A DNA stretch of 64,000 nt from the NCBI GenBank assembly GCA_903919145.1, contig CAIXGW010000214.1, positions 4,534 through 68,533 of the forward strand, written 5' to 3'. The translations under genes and the position numbers were made by a program. This DNA comes from an uncultured Myxococcales bacterium (GTDB lineage: Bacteria; Myxococcota_A; UBA9042). The first letter of the stretch is position 1; every line of letters starts with the position of its first letter. The notes under the pieces are model-generated. The model had not been told where the DNA came from, did not search any database, and saw nothing but the letters and a program-made list of their open reading frames with translations. Shown here in pieces: positions 43,579 to 53,960 of this stretch.

Positions 43579-45771
43579 ATGATTCAGTTCTTCCATCGGT
43601 CCAAGCGCGGCCGTACCTCAGTAGCCCTGGGGGTGCTGGCGTGCCTGACCGTGCTGGCCACGGGCTGCAACGACTATCCCGTCCACAGCCTGCTAGACAG
43701 CTTTGAAGTGCGCGTGACCAAGTCACTGACGCGCAACCAGGCCGTCAAGGTCGACTTTTTGTGGATGATCGACCACTCGTCTTCGATGTGCCAAGAGCAG
43801 CGCGCGCTGGCCAACGGTTTTGCTGCCTTCATTGAGAAGCTGCAGAACTATGGCCGCGTCAACCCCAACGATCCGCCGTTCATCGACGCGCAGATGGCGG
43901 TGGTGACGGTCCAGCAGATCCCCGACTCCACCGAAATCAAGAAGATCGGCGAGTTTGTTCACAAGCCGGCCACCACCCTGCCGCCGTCTTGCATCGAGCG
44001 CACCAAGCAGCCCTGCGTTGGCGACTCGGACTGCACCTCGCCCAAGTGCTTCAAGATGTACAATTTTGACGCCAGCGCCAGCATGTGCCCCAAGGAAGGC
44101 GAGACGTGCCTGACGCCGCCGGCCATGTCTACGGGCAACTGGTACTGCAAGGCCGACACCGCCAGCCCGCAGTTCAACAACAACGACAACTGCTCGGTCA
44201 ACACCCACTGCCAGCTGCGCTGCAACACCGACTCCGACTGCTATGCGACCTTTGAGCCCAACATCGGGCCCCAGGGCAAGCACCGGGTGTTCTGCAACAA
44301 GAGCACCGGCCAGCCGGGCTGCATGTTTCCCGCGGAGACCGAGGGTTGCCCCACCGCAGACAAGCTGCCCGGCGTCCTCAAGCAGAGCGCGGCTCTCAGC
44401 GAGGTCAAGTGCGCCTTTGATCACCACTGCAGTGGCGGCACGTGCGTAGTGCCCAACGGCGCCAAGGAAGGTGTCTGCTACGACAAGAGCGGCAAGATCA
44501 AGAAGAAAGGCAGCCAGCTTGACTACTTCCGCTGCGCCGCCTCGGTGGGCGCCAACCAGACCAAAGAAGCCCAATTTGAGGGCGGCCTGCGCTCGATGTG
44601 GACAGCCCTGGACCCCAACGGCCTCAACTGCCCCAAGGGCACCAATGGCCTGCCGACTGCCGCCTGCCAGTACAAGCAGCTGGTGCGCCCCGACGCCTAC
44701 CTGGTGCTGGTGGCCGTGTCGGACGACGACGACTGCTCCTACACGTTTGAGCTCGACCCCTACGTCGGCGACGGCACCAGCGCCGGGGCCAAAGACACGC
44801 TCAAGAAGGTTCTGCCTGACGAAGTGCGCACCTACTGCCAGCAGTACGGCGACCGCGCCGCCGGCAACCGCGACCTGGTCAACGGCTACTGCGAGTACAT
44901 GAAATACAAGGACAAGCAAGGTGGCAAGCCGCCGCGCAAGTGCCCAAGCGACTGCCTGTCTCTGGACCCCAAGAGCGCCGACTACGCCGCTTGCAAGACA
45001 GAGAGCGATGCCAACGTCGCCCTGCTGCTCAAAGAGAACCCGCAAGAGTACCTGCAGAACTGGCGGTTTGCCTCGGTCACCGACTTTGTCAATCGCTTCC
45101 GCAGCCTAAAGACCGACCCGGCGCGGGTGATTTTTGCCGCCATCACCGGCGATACCCTGTCGGGCGGCACCACCACCGACAAGCAGAGCGACCTGGACCG
45201 CGGCAGCTACTACCGCTCGATCCTGCGCAACCAGGCGGGCCCGCAAGCGCCGTACATCTGCGCTGGCGAGCGCGGCGAGGCGGGCTACGGCTCGCGCTAC
45301 ATCCAGGTGGCCAAGGCCTTTGGCGACAACGGCCTGATGTCCAACATCTGCAAGGGCGCCGACTTCTCTGACGCACTGGGCAACATCGCCGACACCATCC
45401 TCAGCCGGGTGGTCAAGGTGTGCCTGCCCCACCCGCCGCAGGTCGATCCCAAGACTGGCCTGCCGCAGCTCAAGGTCACCCGCACCCGCGGCACCAAGTC
45501 CGAAGAGATGCAGTACGTGGCCGATTCCAAGACGCCGGGCGCAACCGAAAAGTCCTACTACATCAAGGCGACCGCCGACTGCCTGGTGGGCAAGACCAAT
45601 CTGGCGGGTCAGCAGGGCCAGACGTGCGCCAAGACCATTGACTGCCCAGAGGGCCTGGCCTGCCAAGACGGCCTGTGCAAGATCTACGGCGAGGCCATCT
45701 ACTTTGTGGTCACGCCGCAGCAGGGCGACGCCATCGATGTCAACTACGCAGCGGACATCACCGTCAAGTAG
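43579..45771 (+). CDS. CglB-like vWA lipoprotein with Cys-rich insertions
   Basis: Lipobox ATGC; KVDFLWMIDHSSSMCQEQRAL, EGGL, RPDAYLVLVAVSDDDDCS, GSRY, SNIC..DFS.AL and I.VNY motifs typical of myxobacterial CglB-type vWA proteins. Confidence 0.78.
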   Translation: MIQFFHRSKRGRTSVALGVLACLTVLATGCNDYPVHSLLDSFEVRVTKSLTRNQAVKVDFLWMIDHSSSMCQEQRALANGFAAFIEKLQNYGRVNPNDPPFIDAQMAVVTVQQIPDSTEIKKIGEFVHKPATTLPPSCIERTKQPCVGDSDCTSPKCFKMYNFDASASMCPKEGETCLTPPAMSTGNWYCKADTASPQFNNNDNCSVNTHCQLRCNTDSDCYATFEPNIGPQGKHRVFCNKSTGQPGCMFPAETEGCPTADKLPGVLKQSAALSEVKCAFDHHCSGGTCVVPNGAKEGVCYDKSGKIKKKGSQLDYFRCAASVGANQTKEAQFEGGLRSMWTALDPNGLNCPKGTNGLPTAACQYKQLVRPDAYLVLVAVSDDDDCSYTFELDPYVGDGTSAGAKDTLKKVLPDEVRTYCQQYGDRAAGNRDLVNGYCEYMKYKDKQGGKPPRKCPSDCLSLDPKSADYAACKTESDANVALLLKENPQEYLQNWRFASVTDFVNRFRSLKTDPARVIFAAITGDTLSGGTTTDKQSDLDRGSYYRSILRNQAGPQAPYICAGERGEAGYGSRYIQVAKAFGDNGLMSNICKGADFSDALGNIADTILSRVVKVCLPHPPQVDPKTGLPQLKVTRTRGTKSEEMQYVADSKTPGATEKSYYIKATADCLVGKTNLAGQQGQTCAKTIDCPEGLACQDGLCKIYGEAIYFVVTPQQGDAIDVNYAADITVK

Positions 45772-45946
45772 CCCCGCCCGCCGCCGATTGGCCTGGATTT
45801 TTTCAACCTTTCCGAGCCCTTGCCAACGATCAGCAGAAATTTTGACAGCAGCTGCCTTGGATGCATGCGCCGGCAAATTTTGCTAAGCTGCCAGCGAATC
45901 GCGTTGTAGCGCCCTAGAGGCGACGTGCGATTCTGTTGGGGGCTTT

Positions 45947-48900
45947 ATGCGGAATCACCAGTTCAGTGCGTCAGCTAGTCGCACCAAACCATTGAGCTAT
46001 CGTGCAGCCCTCCGCGGATTGTATGTGTTGCTGGTGGCGTGGCTGTTTGCCGCCTGCGGCCCCGACGATCAGCCGGTGGTGGGCTATTCAAACCCGCTGA
46101 GCGACGCCCAAAGCAATGACCTGGGGGGCCTGGACGCCAATGGCGATGCGGTGTTGACCGACACCGGCCCCGGTCCAGCCACCACCTGCTTGGTCAAAGA
46201 CGACTGTCCAAGCGGCCAGCAGTGCGACCCCAAGACCAAGTACTGCTACAAGCCCAGCTGCACCCCCGGCGCGGCCATCTGCGTGGGCCCCTACGCGGCG
46301 GTGTGCGGTCAGGATGGCCAAACCCCAGACAACGCCAAGCTTTGCCCTGAGGGTACCAGCTGTCTGAACGGCGTGTGCGGCGCTGCGGGCTGCGGCAACG
46401 GCACCTGCGATCCCAACACAGAGACCTGCTCCAGCTGCCCCAAGGACTGCGGCCCCTGCGCCCAGTGCGGCGACGGCCAGTGCAGCGCCAGCGAGAATTG
46501 CCAAGGCTGCGCCGCCGATTGCGGACCGTGTGGCCCCGACCAGGGCTGCCAGACCAGCGACTTTGGCGGCTGCAAAGGCTGCAGCTGCGAGATCTGTGTC
46601 TGCAAGATGGACCCAAGCTGCTGCACCAACCAGTGGGATGATCACTGCGTAGAGTTGTGCGGCAAGTGCGGCACGACCTGCCAGCCGGCCATCTGCTCAG
46701 ACGGCAAATGCGACGCCGCCGCCGGCGAAAATTGCGGCACCTGCCCCATCGACTGCGGTCCGTGCAAGCCCGCCTGCGGCGACGGCCTGTGCCAGCTGCA
46801 AGACGGTGAGAGCTGCAAGACCTGCGCCACTGACTGCGGATTGTGCCCCGGCCAGTGCGGCGATGGCCAGTGCCTGGCCGATGCCCTGGAAACCTGCAGC
46901 ACCTGCGCCGCCGACTGCGGGAAGTGCCCGCCCAAGTGCGGCAACCTGGTCTGCGAAGAGGGAGAGAGCCCGCTTGGCTGCCCCAGCGACTGCCAAAAGA
47001 CCAACTGCGGCAACGGCGCTTGCGAATTCACCGAGACCTGCTCTGGCTGCCCCCAGGACTGCGGCAAGTGCGGCGGCGGCTGCGGCGACGCCAAGTGCGA
47101 GTCCAGCCAAGGCGAAGACTGCATGGGCTGCCCCCAAGACTGCGGCAAGTGCGCGCCCACCTGTGGCAACAAGGTCTGCGACGCCAAGGAGACCTGCTCC
47201 AGCTGCCCCATGGACTGCGGCGAGTGCCAGGTCAAGTGCGGCGACGGCGTGTGCGCCTTTCAGTCGGGAGAGAGCTGCGAGACCTGCCCGACCGACTGCC
47301 CGTGCCAGCAGGGCTGCGGCAACAAGGTCTGCGAACCCAGCCAGGGCGAGTCCTGCCTGACCTGCATTGCCGACTGCGGCACCTGCCCGGTCCAGTGCGG
47401 CGACGGCAATTGCACCCCATCCAGCGGCGAGACCTGCGACAGCTGCGCCAAAGACTGCGGCCCCTGCCCGATCAAGTGCGGCAACAAGATCTGCGAGCCC
47501 GGGGAGTCCTGCAGCAGTTGCCCCAACGACTGCGGCCCCTGCCCGATCAAGTGCGGCAACAAGATCTGCGAGCCCGGCGAATCGTGCAACAACTGCCCCA
47601 ACGACTGCGGCCCCTGCCCGATCAACTGCGGCAACAACATCTGCGAGCCCGGCGAGTCCTGCGACAGCTGCCCCAATGACTGCGGCCCCTGCGTGTTTGG
47701 CTGCGGCGACGGCAAGTGCAGCATCGGTCCCGACGGTGTGCCAGAGACCTGCCAGAGCTGCCCCAAGGACTGCGGGCCCTGCAGCCCGGGCTCGTGCCAG
47801 GGCAATTGCGGCGGCGCCTCGGAAGGTTGCTTCTGCGATCAGGCGTGCAAGGGCGCTGGGGATTGCTGCAAGGACTTTGAGCTGTTCTGCCCGTCTGTGG
47901 TCGGCTGCGGCGACGGCAAGTGCGACCCCAACATGAAAGAGACCTGCCAGACCTGCGCCCAGGACTGCGGCAGCTGCCCAGCGGCCTGCGGCAACGGTGC
48001 CTGCGAGCCGGGCGAAGACTGCAAGGGCTGCCCCAAAGACTGCGGCGCCTGCAAGACCTGCGGCGACGGCAAGTGCGACCCCAACCTCAAAGAAGACTGC
48101 AAGACCTGCGGCGCCGACTGCGGCCCCTGCCCGGTGGTGTGTGGCAACAGCAACTGCGAGACCGGCGAGTCGTGCAAGCTCTGCCCCAATGACTGCGGCC
48201 CGTGTGCCCAGTGCGGCGACCAGTTCTGCAGCGCCAACGAGTCGTGCGAGACCTGCCCCGGCGACTGCGGCAAGTGCGCGCCGACCTGCGGCAATGGCCA
48301 GTGCGGCGCCGGCGAGACCTGCAGCAACTGCCCCAAAGACTGCGGCGCCTGCTCTATCTGCGGCGACAAAGTCTGCGACCCAGCCAAGGGCGAGTCCTGC
48401 AAGACCTGCGGCCTGGACTGCGGCAGCTGCGGCGATGGCTGCAAAGAAGGCCCCGCCGGCTGCGACGGCTGCGCCTGCGAAGACTGCGTGTGCAAGAACG
48501 ACCCGTTCTGCTGCCAGGGCAGCTGGGACCAGCTGTGTGTCCAGGGCTGCGTCAACTGCGGCCAGAGCTGCCCGGGCGTAGCCGTCTGCGGTGACGGCAC
48601 CTGCGGCAACGGCGAGACCTGCGACACCTGCCCCAACGACTGCGGACCGTGCAAGCCCATCTGCGGCGACGGCCAGTGCCTGGGCCAAGCGGGCGAGACC
48701 TGCAGCACCTGCCCCAACGACTGCGGACCGTGCAAGCCCTTCTGCGGAGACAAGGTCTGCCAGGCGCCATCGCCTTTTGGCGGCTACTCTGAGACCTGCT
48801 CGACCTGCCAGCTGGACTGTGGGCCCTGCGCCGCCGGCTGCGGCGACGGCATCTGCGGCCTCAGCGCCAATGGCACCAAGGAGTCGTGCTCCAGCTGCCC

Positions 48901-51742
48901 CAAGGACTGCGGCCCCTGCCCCGTGACCTGCGGCGACGGCATCTGCGCACCGCCCAGCCCCTTCAGCCCCGGCGAGAGCTGCAGCAGCTGCTCCAAAGAC
49001 TGCGGGCCGTGCAAGCCGATCTGCGGAGACAAGGTCTGCGCCAAAGAGCTTGGCGAGTCCTGCTCCAACTGCACCGCCGACTGCGGCAGCTGCCCACCGA
49101 TCTGCGGCAACGGCGCCTGCGAAGCCGGCGAGAGCTGCCTGCTGTGCGCCAAGGACTGCGGCAGCTGCCCAGCCAACGACGGCTGCACGGCGTGGAAGCT
49201 GCCGACCTGCAACGGCTGTGCCTGCGAAAAGTGCGTGTGCGAGAAGGACCCCTTCTGCTGCCAGGTGGCCTGGGGCCCTGAGTGCGTGGACCAGTGCAAG
49301 GCCGGCTGCAACGGCACTGGCTGCGGGACCATCTGCAAGCCCAACTGCACCAACAAGAAGTGCGGGTCTGACGGCTGTGGCGGCTCTTGCGGGCTGTGCG
49401 CCCCGGGAGAGATCTGCACCTTTACCGGGGTGTGCGCCCCGCAGCCCAAGACCTGCGGCGATGGCGTGTGCAAGGTCACCGACGGCGAGTCCTGCAAGGT
49501 CTGCCCCCAAGACTGCGGCACCTGCCCGGCCGTTTGCGGCGATGGCGCGTGCGTGACCGGCGAGACCTGCTCGGCCTGCCCCCAGGACTGCGGCACCTGC
49601 CCCACCACCTGCGGCAACGGCAAGTGCGAGACCGGCGAGAATTGCAGCAGCTGCGCCAAGGACTGCTGCCCGCTGCCCAAGTGCGGCGACCTGGTCTGTG
49701 ATGCCAAGGGCGGCGAGACCTGCACCAGCTGCGCCCAGGACTGCGGCCCCTGCCCGTGTGTCCCGCAGTGCAAGGGCGAGCAGTGTGGCGCCGATGGCTG
49801 CGGCGGCCAGTGCGGCACCTGCCAGGCCGGCCAATTCTGCAACGCGGCCAACGCCTGCCAGTGTGCCCCCCAGTGCGCCGGCAAGCAGTGCGGCTCTGAC
49901 AGCTGCGGCGGCCAGTGCGGCAGCTGCGCAGCCAACCTGTTGTGCGTGGGCAGCCAGTGCGTCGACCCCAAGAAGTGCAACACCGATGCGGAGTGCGCCG
50001 ACAGCGACGCGTGCACCTTGGACTACTGCCTGGCCGGTCTATGCGCCCACGACCCATCGCAATCGCCGGCGTGCTGCAAGGACCCAGACGGCGACGGCGT
50101 CTGCGCCACCAAAGACAACTGCCCCGATTTGGCCAATCCGACCCAGGCGGACAGTGACGGCGACCAGATCGGCGACGCCTGCGACCTCTGCCCGACCACC
50201 GCCGGCCAGGGCAACGGCGATCAAGACAAAGACGGCCTGGGAGACAGCTGCGACAATTGCCCCGCGACCGCCAACAAGGACCAGGAAAACCTGGACGGAG
50301 ACAAGCTGGGCGACGCCTGCGACAGCGATATGGACGGCGACGGCTTTGCCAATGACCAGGACTGTGCGCCCAAAGACAAGGAGATTCCAGCGCTTATCGA
50401 CACACCGTGCAACGGCCTGGACGAGAACTGCAACGGCCAGACCGACGAAGGCGGCGTGGCGGTGTGGCAATTTGACGACGGCAGCCAGGGCGGCTGGTCG
50501 ATGGACAAGCCGGTCAATGGCGTGGGCTGGCAGGTCTGGCAGGGCGGCGAAGCCAAGACGCCCAAGGGCGCGCTGTGGTTTGGCAATCCCAAGACGGGCA
50601 ACTTCAACGGCGCCAACCAGACCGTCAAGGGCGCGGCCCGCTCGCCGGTCATTGCCCTGCCCGTCGGCAAGATCACCTTGACCGCTTGGTACTTGCTGCA
50701 CATCGAAGCAGGCGAAGGCTTTGACAAGCTCGACCTGCAGGTCGCCAGCGAGGCCGCGCTGTTCAGCAACTGGAAGACCGTCAGCTCCAAGACCAACAAC
50801 ACGCCGATTGGCGCCTGGACACAGGTCGTTGTCGATCTCTCGGCCTTCCAGGGTCAGAAGATCCGCTTGCGGCTGGCCTTTGACTCCATCGACGGCGTGG
50901 CCAATGACACCAGCGGCGTGTGGATCGACAGCATCGCCATTGGCTCGACCGCCACCAAAGTGCCCGACACCGACGGCGACGGCACCGTGGATGCCTGCGA
51001 CGGCGACGACGACGGCGACGGCATCCCCGACGTCAAAGACGGCTGCAGCCTGGTCAAGGACGGCGCCACCACCGGTACCGACAGCGACGCCGACGGCTTG
51101 CCCAACAGCTGCGACCCCGACGACGACGACGACGCCGTGGTGGACGCCAAGGACAACTGCCCGCTCAACGCCAACCAGAACCAGCAGGACAGCGACGGCG
51201 ACGGCGTGGGCGATGTCTGCGACCCCACCCCCAACGGCGGGCCCAAGAAGCTGCCGTTTGGCGAGAAGTTTGACCAGTACAAGAACAGCTTTGGCGAAGG
51301 CGGCTGGAGCAGCTCCACCGATACTGGCCTGGCACCTTGGACGCTGCTGCAGAGCGCGGACGGCAACAAGTACGCGCAGTTCTCTGCCACCGCCGGCAGC
51401 ACGAGCTTGGCATCGACCGGGCGGCTGGTCACGCCCCAACTGGAGATCGGCGCGGCCCAGGCGCTCAAGCTGTCGGCCGTGGTCAACTACACGCTGCCGC
51501 CGATCATGCCGCCGGGTCCGCCGATCGCCGCGGCCACGCTGGCAGTGCAGGTGTCGGTAGACGGCAAGAACTGGACGACGTACCAGACCGTGCAGCTGAC
51601 CGGTGGGGCGCTCAACCTGTCTTTGCTGCTGGGACCGCTGCCGCCGGGCGGCCAAGTCTATGTTGGCTTCTTGGTGCAGGTCGGGGCCTCCTTCTTTCCG
51701 GGGACCGGCGTGAGCATCGACAACGTGCAGATCGCCCCCTAG
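45947..51742 (+). CDS. giant Cys-rich adhesin-like lipoprotein (CGDG..CP.DCG repeats, somatomedin-B-like module, TSP3 repeats, two MAM/cleaved-adhesin-like domains)
   Basis: Lipobox FAAC; more than 25 CG[DN]G.C...GE.C..CP.DCG.C units; DNCP...NP.Q.D.DGD..GDACD TSP3 repeats; W.IDSI.I and GVSIDNVQI beta-sandwich ends. Confidence 0.9.
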   Translation: MRNHQFSASASRTKPLSYRAALRGLYVLLVAWLFAACGPDDQPVVGYSNPLSDAQSNDLGGLDANGDAVLTDTGPGPATTCLVKDDCPSGQQCDPKTKYCYKPSCTPGAAICVGPYAAVCGQDGQTPDNAKLCPEGTSCLNGVCGAAGCGNGTCDPNTETCSSCPKDCGPCAQCGDGQCSASENCQGCAADCGPCGPDQGCQTSDFGGCKGCSCEICVCKMDPSCCTNQWDDHCVELCGKCGTTCQPAICSDGKCDAAAGENCGTCPIDCGPCKPACGDGLCQLQDGESCKTCATDCGLCPGQCGDGQCLADALETCSTCAADCGKCPPKCGNLVCEEGESPLGCPSDCQKTNCGNGACEFTETCSGCPQDCGKCGGGCGDAKCESSQGEDCMGCPQDCGKCAPTCGNKVCDAKETCSSCPMDCGECQVKCGDGVCAFQSGESCETCPTDCPCQQGCGNKVCEPSQGESCLTCIADCGTCPVQCGDGNCTPSSGETCDSCAKDCGPCPIKCGNKICEPGESCSSCPNDCGPCPIKCGNKICEPGESCNNCPNDCGPCPINCGNNICEPGESCDSCPNDCGPCVFGCGDGKCSIGPDGVPETCQSCPKDCGPCSPGSCQGNCGGASEGCFCDQACKGAGDCCKDFELFCPSVVGCGDGKCDPNMKETCQTCAQDCGSCPAACGNGACEPGEDCKGCPKDCGACKTCGDGKCDPNLKEDCKTCGADCGPCPVVCGNSNCETGESCKLCPNDCGPCAQCGDQFCSANESCETCPGDCGKCAPTCGNGQCGAGETCSNCPKDCGACSICGDKVCDPAKGESCKTCGLDCGSCGDGCKEGPAGCDGCACEDCVCKNDPFCCQGSWDQLCVQGCVNCGQSCPGVAVCGDGTCGNGETCDTCPNDCGPCKPICGDGQCLGQAGETCSTCPNDCGPCKPFCGDKVCQAPSPFGGYSETCSTCQLDCGPCAAGCGDGICGLSANGTKESCSSCPKDCGPCPVTCGDGICAPPSPFSPGESCSSCSKDCGPCKPICGDKVCAKELGESCSNCTADCGSCPPICGNGACEAGESCLLCAKDCGSCPANDGCTAWKLPTCNGCACEKCVCEKDPFCCQVAWGPECVDQCKAGCNGTGCGTICKPNCTNKKCGSDGCGGSCGLCAPGEICTFTGVCAPQPKTCGDGVCKVTDGESCKVCPQDCGTCPAVCGDGACVTGETCSACPQDCGTCPTTCGNGKCETGENCSSCAKDCCPLPKCGDLVCDAKGGETCTSCAQDCGPCPCVPQCKGEQCGADGCGGQCGTCQAGQFCNAANACQCAPQCAGKQCGSDSCGGQCGSCAANLLCVGSQCVDPKKCNTDAECADSDACTLDYCLAGLCAHDPSQSPACCKDPDGDGVCATKDNCPDLANPTQADSDGDQIGDACDLCPTTAGQGNGDQDKDGLGDSCDNCPATANKDQENLDGDKLGDACDSDMDGDGFANDQDCAPKDKEIPALIDTPCNGLDENCNGQTDEGGVAVWQFDDGSQGGWSMDKPVNGVGWQVWQGGEAKTPKGALWFGNPKTGNFNGANQTVKGAARSPVIALPVGKITLTAWYLLHIEAGEGFDKLDLQVASEAALFSNWKTVSSKTNNTPIGAWTQVVVDLSAFQGQKIRLRLAFDSIDGVANDTSGVWIDSIAIGSTATKVPDTDGDGTVDACDGDDDGDGIPDVKDGCSLVKDGATTGTDSDADGLPNSCDPDDDDDAVVDAKDNCPLNANQNQQDSDGDGVGDVCDPTPNGGPKKLPFGEKFDQYKNSFGEGGWSSSTDTGLAPWTLLQSADGNKYAQFSATAGSTSLASTGRLVTPQLEIGAAQALKLSAVVNYTLPPIMPPGPPIAAATLAVQVSVDGKNWTTYQTVQLTGGALNLSLLLGPLPPGGQVYVGFLVQVGASFFPGTGVSIDNVQIAP
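47453..47692 (+). repeat. three near-identical 75-bp tandem repeats within the adhesin gene
   Basis: gactgcggcccctgcccgatcaa[g/c]tgcggcaacaa[g/c]atctgcgagcccgg... recurs at ~47453, 47528 and 47603. Confidence 0.85.
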
Positions 51743-51927
51743 CCGTGGCGTGGCCCGGAGCTTGGCAGCTGAGAACCCAAACATGTAGCCGCTTTGCCTA
51801 GGATTTCTGCTTGAAGCAGGCGCTTTTGGCGGCCGCCGAGTCCACCCCAGCGCAGGACCTGACCATGGCGACGGCGGCGGCGCAGGCGCGTGACAGTTGT
51901 GCAGGGCTCGGCTACGCTGCGCAGGCG

Positions 51928-53160
51928 ATGGCGCCGCTTTCCCACCAAGCACACAAAGCAATTGCCCTGTTGGCTGCGATAGCGGCGCTGGCAAGCTGCG
52001 CCCTGGAGCCCAAGGCGGTGCAGTGGGAGCGCGATTTCTATTGGACTGAGCGCCTTTCGATGGATGGGCAGAACGACTTGGCCGCCAAGCGCTTTGCTGC
52101 GCTGCGCCGGTCAGCGGTCGACCCCCGCGATGCCGACGAGGCGGCCCTGCTGGAGTGCGAGACGCAGGCGCGCGGCGACCAGGTGGCGGCCGGGGCGGCG
52201 TGCTACGACCAGCTGGGGATCAGCGCGGTCGGCAGGCCGATGCGGGTCCGGGCGCTGCTGCACGCTGGCGAGCTGCGCTACTACCAGCTGGGGATGCGGG
52301 AGGCGGCGCTAAAGCTGTGGAAGGCGCTGGTGGTGCGAGCGCCGGACCAGCCGGGAGCGCTGCGGGCCTTGGACCACCTGTACCTGCACGGCGACCTGGA
52401 AGCCGGTCACCGCGAGGCCATGGTCCAAGACCTGCTGGCCTTTGAGGCGGCCGAACCGGCCTCTGAGCTGGCCGACAACCTGTTGCTGCGGGTAGCCATG
52501 CTACTGGAGCATGACGGCCGCCCCGCCCAGCTGCAGCAGGCAGCGCAGCTGCTGGAGCGGCACGAGCGCGACCACAAAGAAGACGCCAGCCTGGTCGACG
52601 CGCTAATGACGCGGGCGCGCATCTATCGGGCCCTGGGCAACTTCAAGCTGGAGGCCCGCGATCTGGAGAGAATGGTCCAAACCTATGAGACCAGCTACGT
52701 CTTTGCCTCCTACGCTTACGATGCCCACAAGCCGGCCGCGGCGCGGCTGATTGAGCTGTACCTGGGTCCGCTGCACGACCTGGCGCGGGCTGAATTTCAC
52801 GCGCGCAACCTGCCAGAGATGCTGCGGCGGCCGCTGAACATGCCGCGCTATCTGCTGGCCTTGGCCGAGATCCAAGAGCAGCGCGGCAATCGGCTGGAGG
52901 CCCTGGCCACCTACCAAGAGGTTCTGCGGTTTATCACCTGGCGCAACAAGGACTTTCGCGCCAACGACCAGCGCATCTGCGACGAGGAGCCCCAAGACGC
53001 CGAGCGGCAGCGCTGCCACCAGCAGCTCAAAGAGTGGTCAACGGATGTGGAGCCCAAGGAGGCAGGCCAGGCGCGCGGCCAGATCGCTCGCTTGGAAGCC
53101 GAGCTGCGCCGCCCGGATCTGCGCCAGCCGCGCACGCTTAAGCAGGGAGACGGCCGATGA
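51928..53160 (+). CDS. TPR-like lipoprotein
   Basis: Lipobox LASC; helical TPR-like repeats; ATGA overlap with mlaF; start reassigned to MAPLSH. Confidence 0.7.
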   Translation: MAPLSHQAHKAIALLAAIAALASCALEPKAVQWERDFYWTERLSMDGQNDLAAKRFAALRRSAVDPRDADEAALLECETQARGDQVAAGAACYDQLGISAVGRPMRVRALLHAGELRYYQLGMREAALKLWKALVVRAPDQPGALRALDHLYLHGDLEAGHREAMVQDLLAFEAAEPASELADNLLLRVAMLLEHDGRPAQLQQAAQLLERHERDHKEDASLVDALMTRARIYRALGNFKLEARDLERMVQTYETSYVFASYAYDAHKPAAARLIELYLGPLHDLARAEFHARNLPEMLRRPLNMPRYLLALAEIQEQRGNRLEALATYQEVLRFITWRNKDFRANDQRICDEEPQDAERQRCHQQLKEWSTDVEPKEAGQARGQIARLEAELRRPDLRQPRTLKQGDGR

Positions 53161-53960
53161 GCCCTGCGACCGACCAGCCCGGTCAGCGCGAAGTCGTGCT
53201 GCGCGTAGAGAACCTGAGCCTGTGGTTTGGCGAAGTCTGCGTGCTGGACGGCGTGGACTTTGAGATGAGGGCCGGCGAAGTCGTGGGGCTGATTGGCCCG
53301 GGCGGCGTGGGCAAGACGGTTTTTTGCAAACTTTGCTGTGGGTTGCTAGAGCCCGACGGCGGCCGCATTGAGGTGCTGGGCCAGGACCTGTCTGGCGCAT
53401 CGGGCAAAGAGCGCCAAGCCCTGCGCGAGAGAATCGGCCTGGTCTTTCAGAACTACGCGCTGTTCGACTTTATGACCGTGGGCGACAACGTGGCCTTTCC
53501 CATGCGCCAGCGGGCCTCGCACCTTGCCAAGGACCAGCGCGAGGCCTTCAGCGAAGAGAACATCGCCGCCAAGGTCCAAGAGCGCTTGGCCGAAGTGGAT
53601 CTGCCGCGGGTGCGCCACCTGATGCCCAATGAGCTGTCTGGCGGCATGAAAAAGCGGGTGGGCCTGGCGCGCGCCAACATCAACGACCCAGAGCTCATCT
53701 TCTTTGATGACCCGACGGCGGGGCTCGATCCGGTCACGTCTTCAAAAATCTTCAATCTGATCAGAAAGACCCAGGCGCAGCGCAACTCAAGCTGCCTGGT
53801 GGTCTCTCACGACATCGACCGCATGCGCCCGGCCTGCGACCGCTACATCCTGCTGTACCAGGGCAAGGTGCACTTCTCTGGCACGGCGCAGCAGGCCATG
53901 GCCTCTAAAGACCCGGTGTTGCGCGACTTTTTTGGCAAGGAAGCGGGGCTGATTGCATGA
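53157..53960 (+). CDS. mlaF: MlaF/Mkl-family ABC ATPase
   Basis: GPGGVGKT, FQNYALFDFMTVGDNVAFP, LSGGMKKRVGLARA and DDPTAGLDPVTS motifs. Confidence 0.88.
   Translation: MSPATDQPGQREVVLRVENLSLWFGEVCVLDGVDFEMRAGEVVGLIGPGGVGKTVFCKLCCGLLEPDGGRIEVLGQDLSGASGKERQALRERIGLVFQNYALFDFMTVGDNVAFPMRQRASHLAKDQREAFSEENIAAKVQERLAEVDLPRVRHLMPNELSGGMKKRVGLARANINDPELIFFDDPTAGLDPVTSSKIFNLIRKTQAQRNSSCLVVSHDIDRMRPACDRYILLYQGKVHFSGTAQQAMASKDPVLRDFFGKEAGLIA

Noticed and set aside
47453-47692. Possible CRISPR array
   Set aside because: Repeats are contiguous, in-frame coding units without unique spacers; no cas genes in the window.
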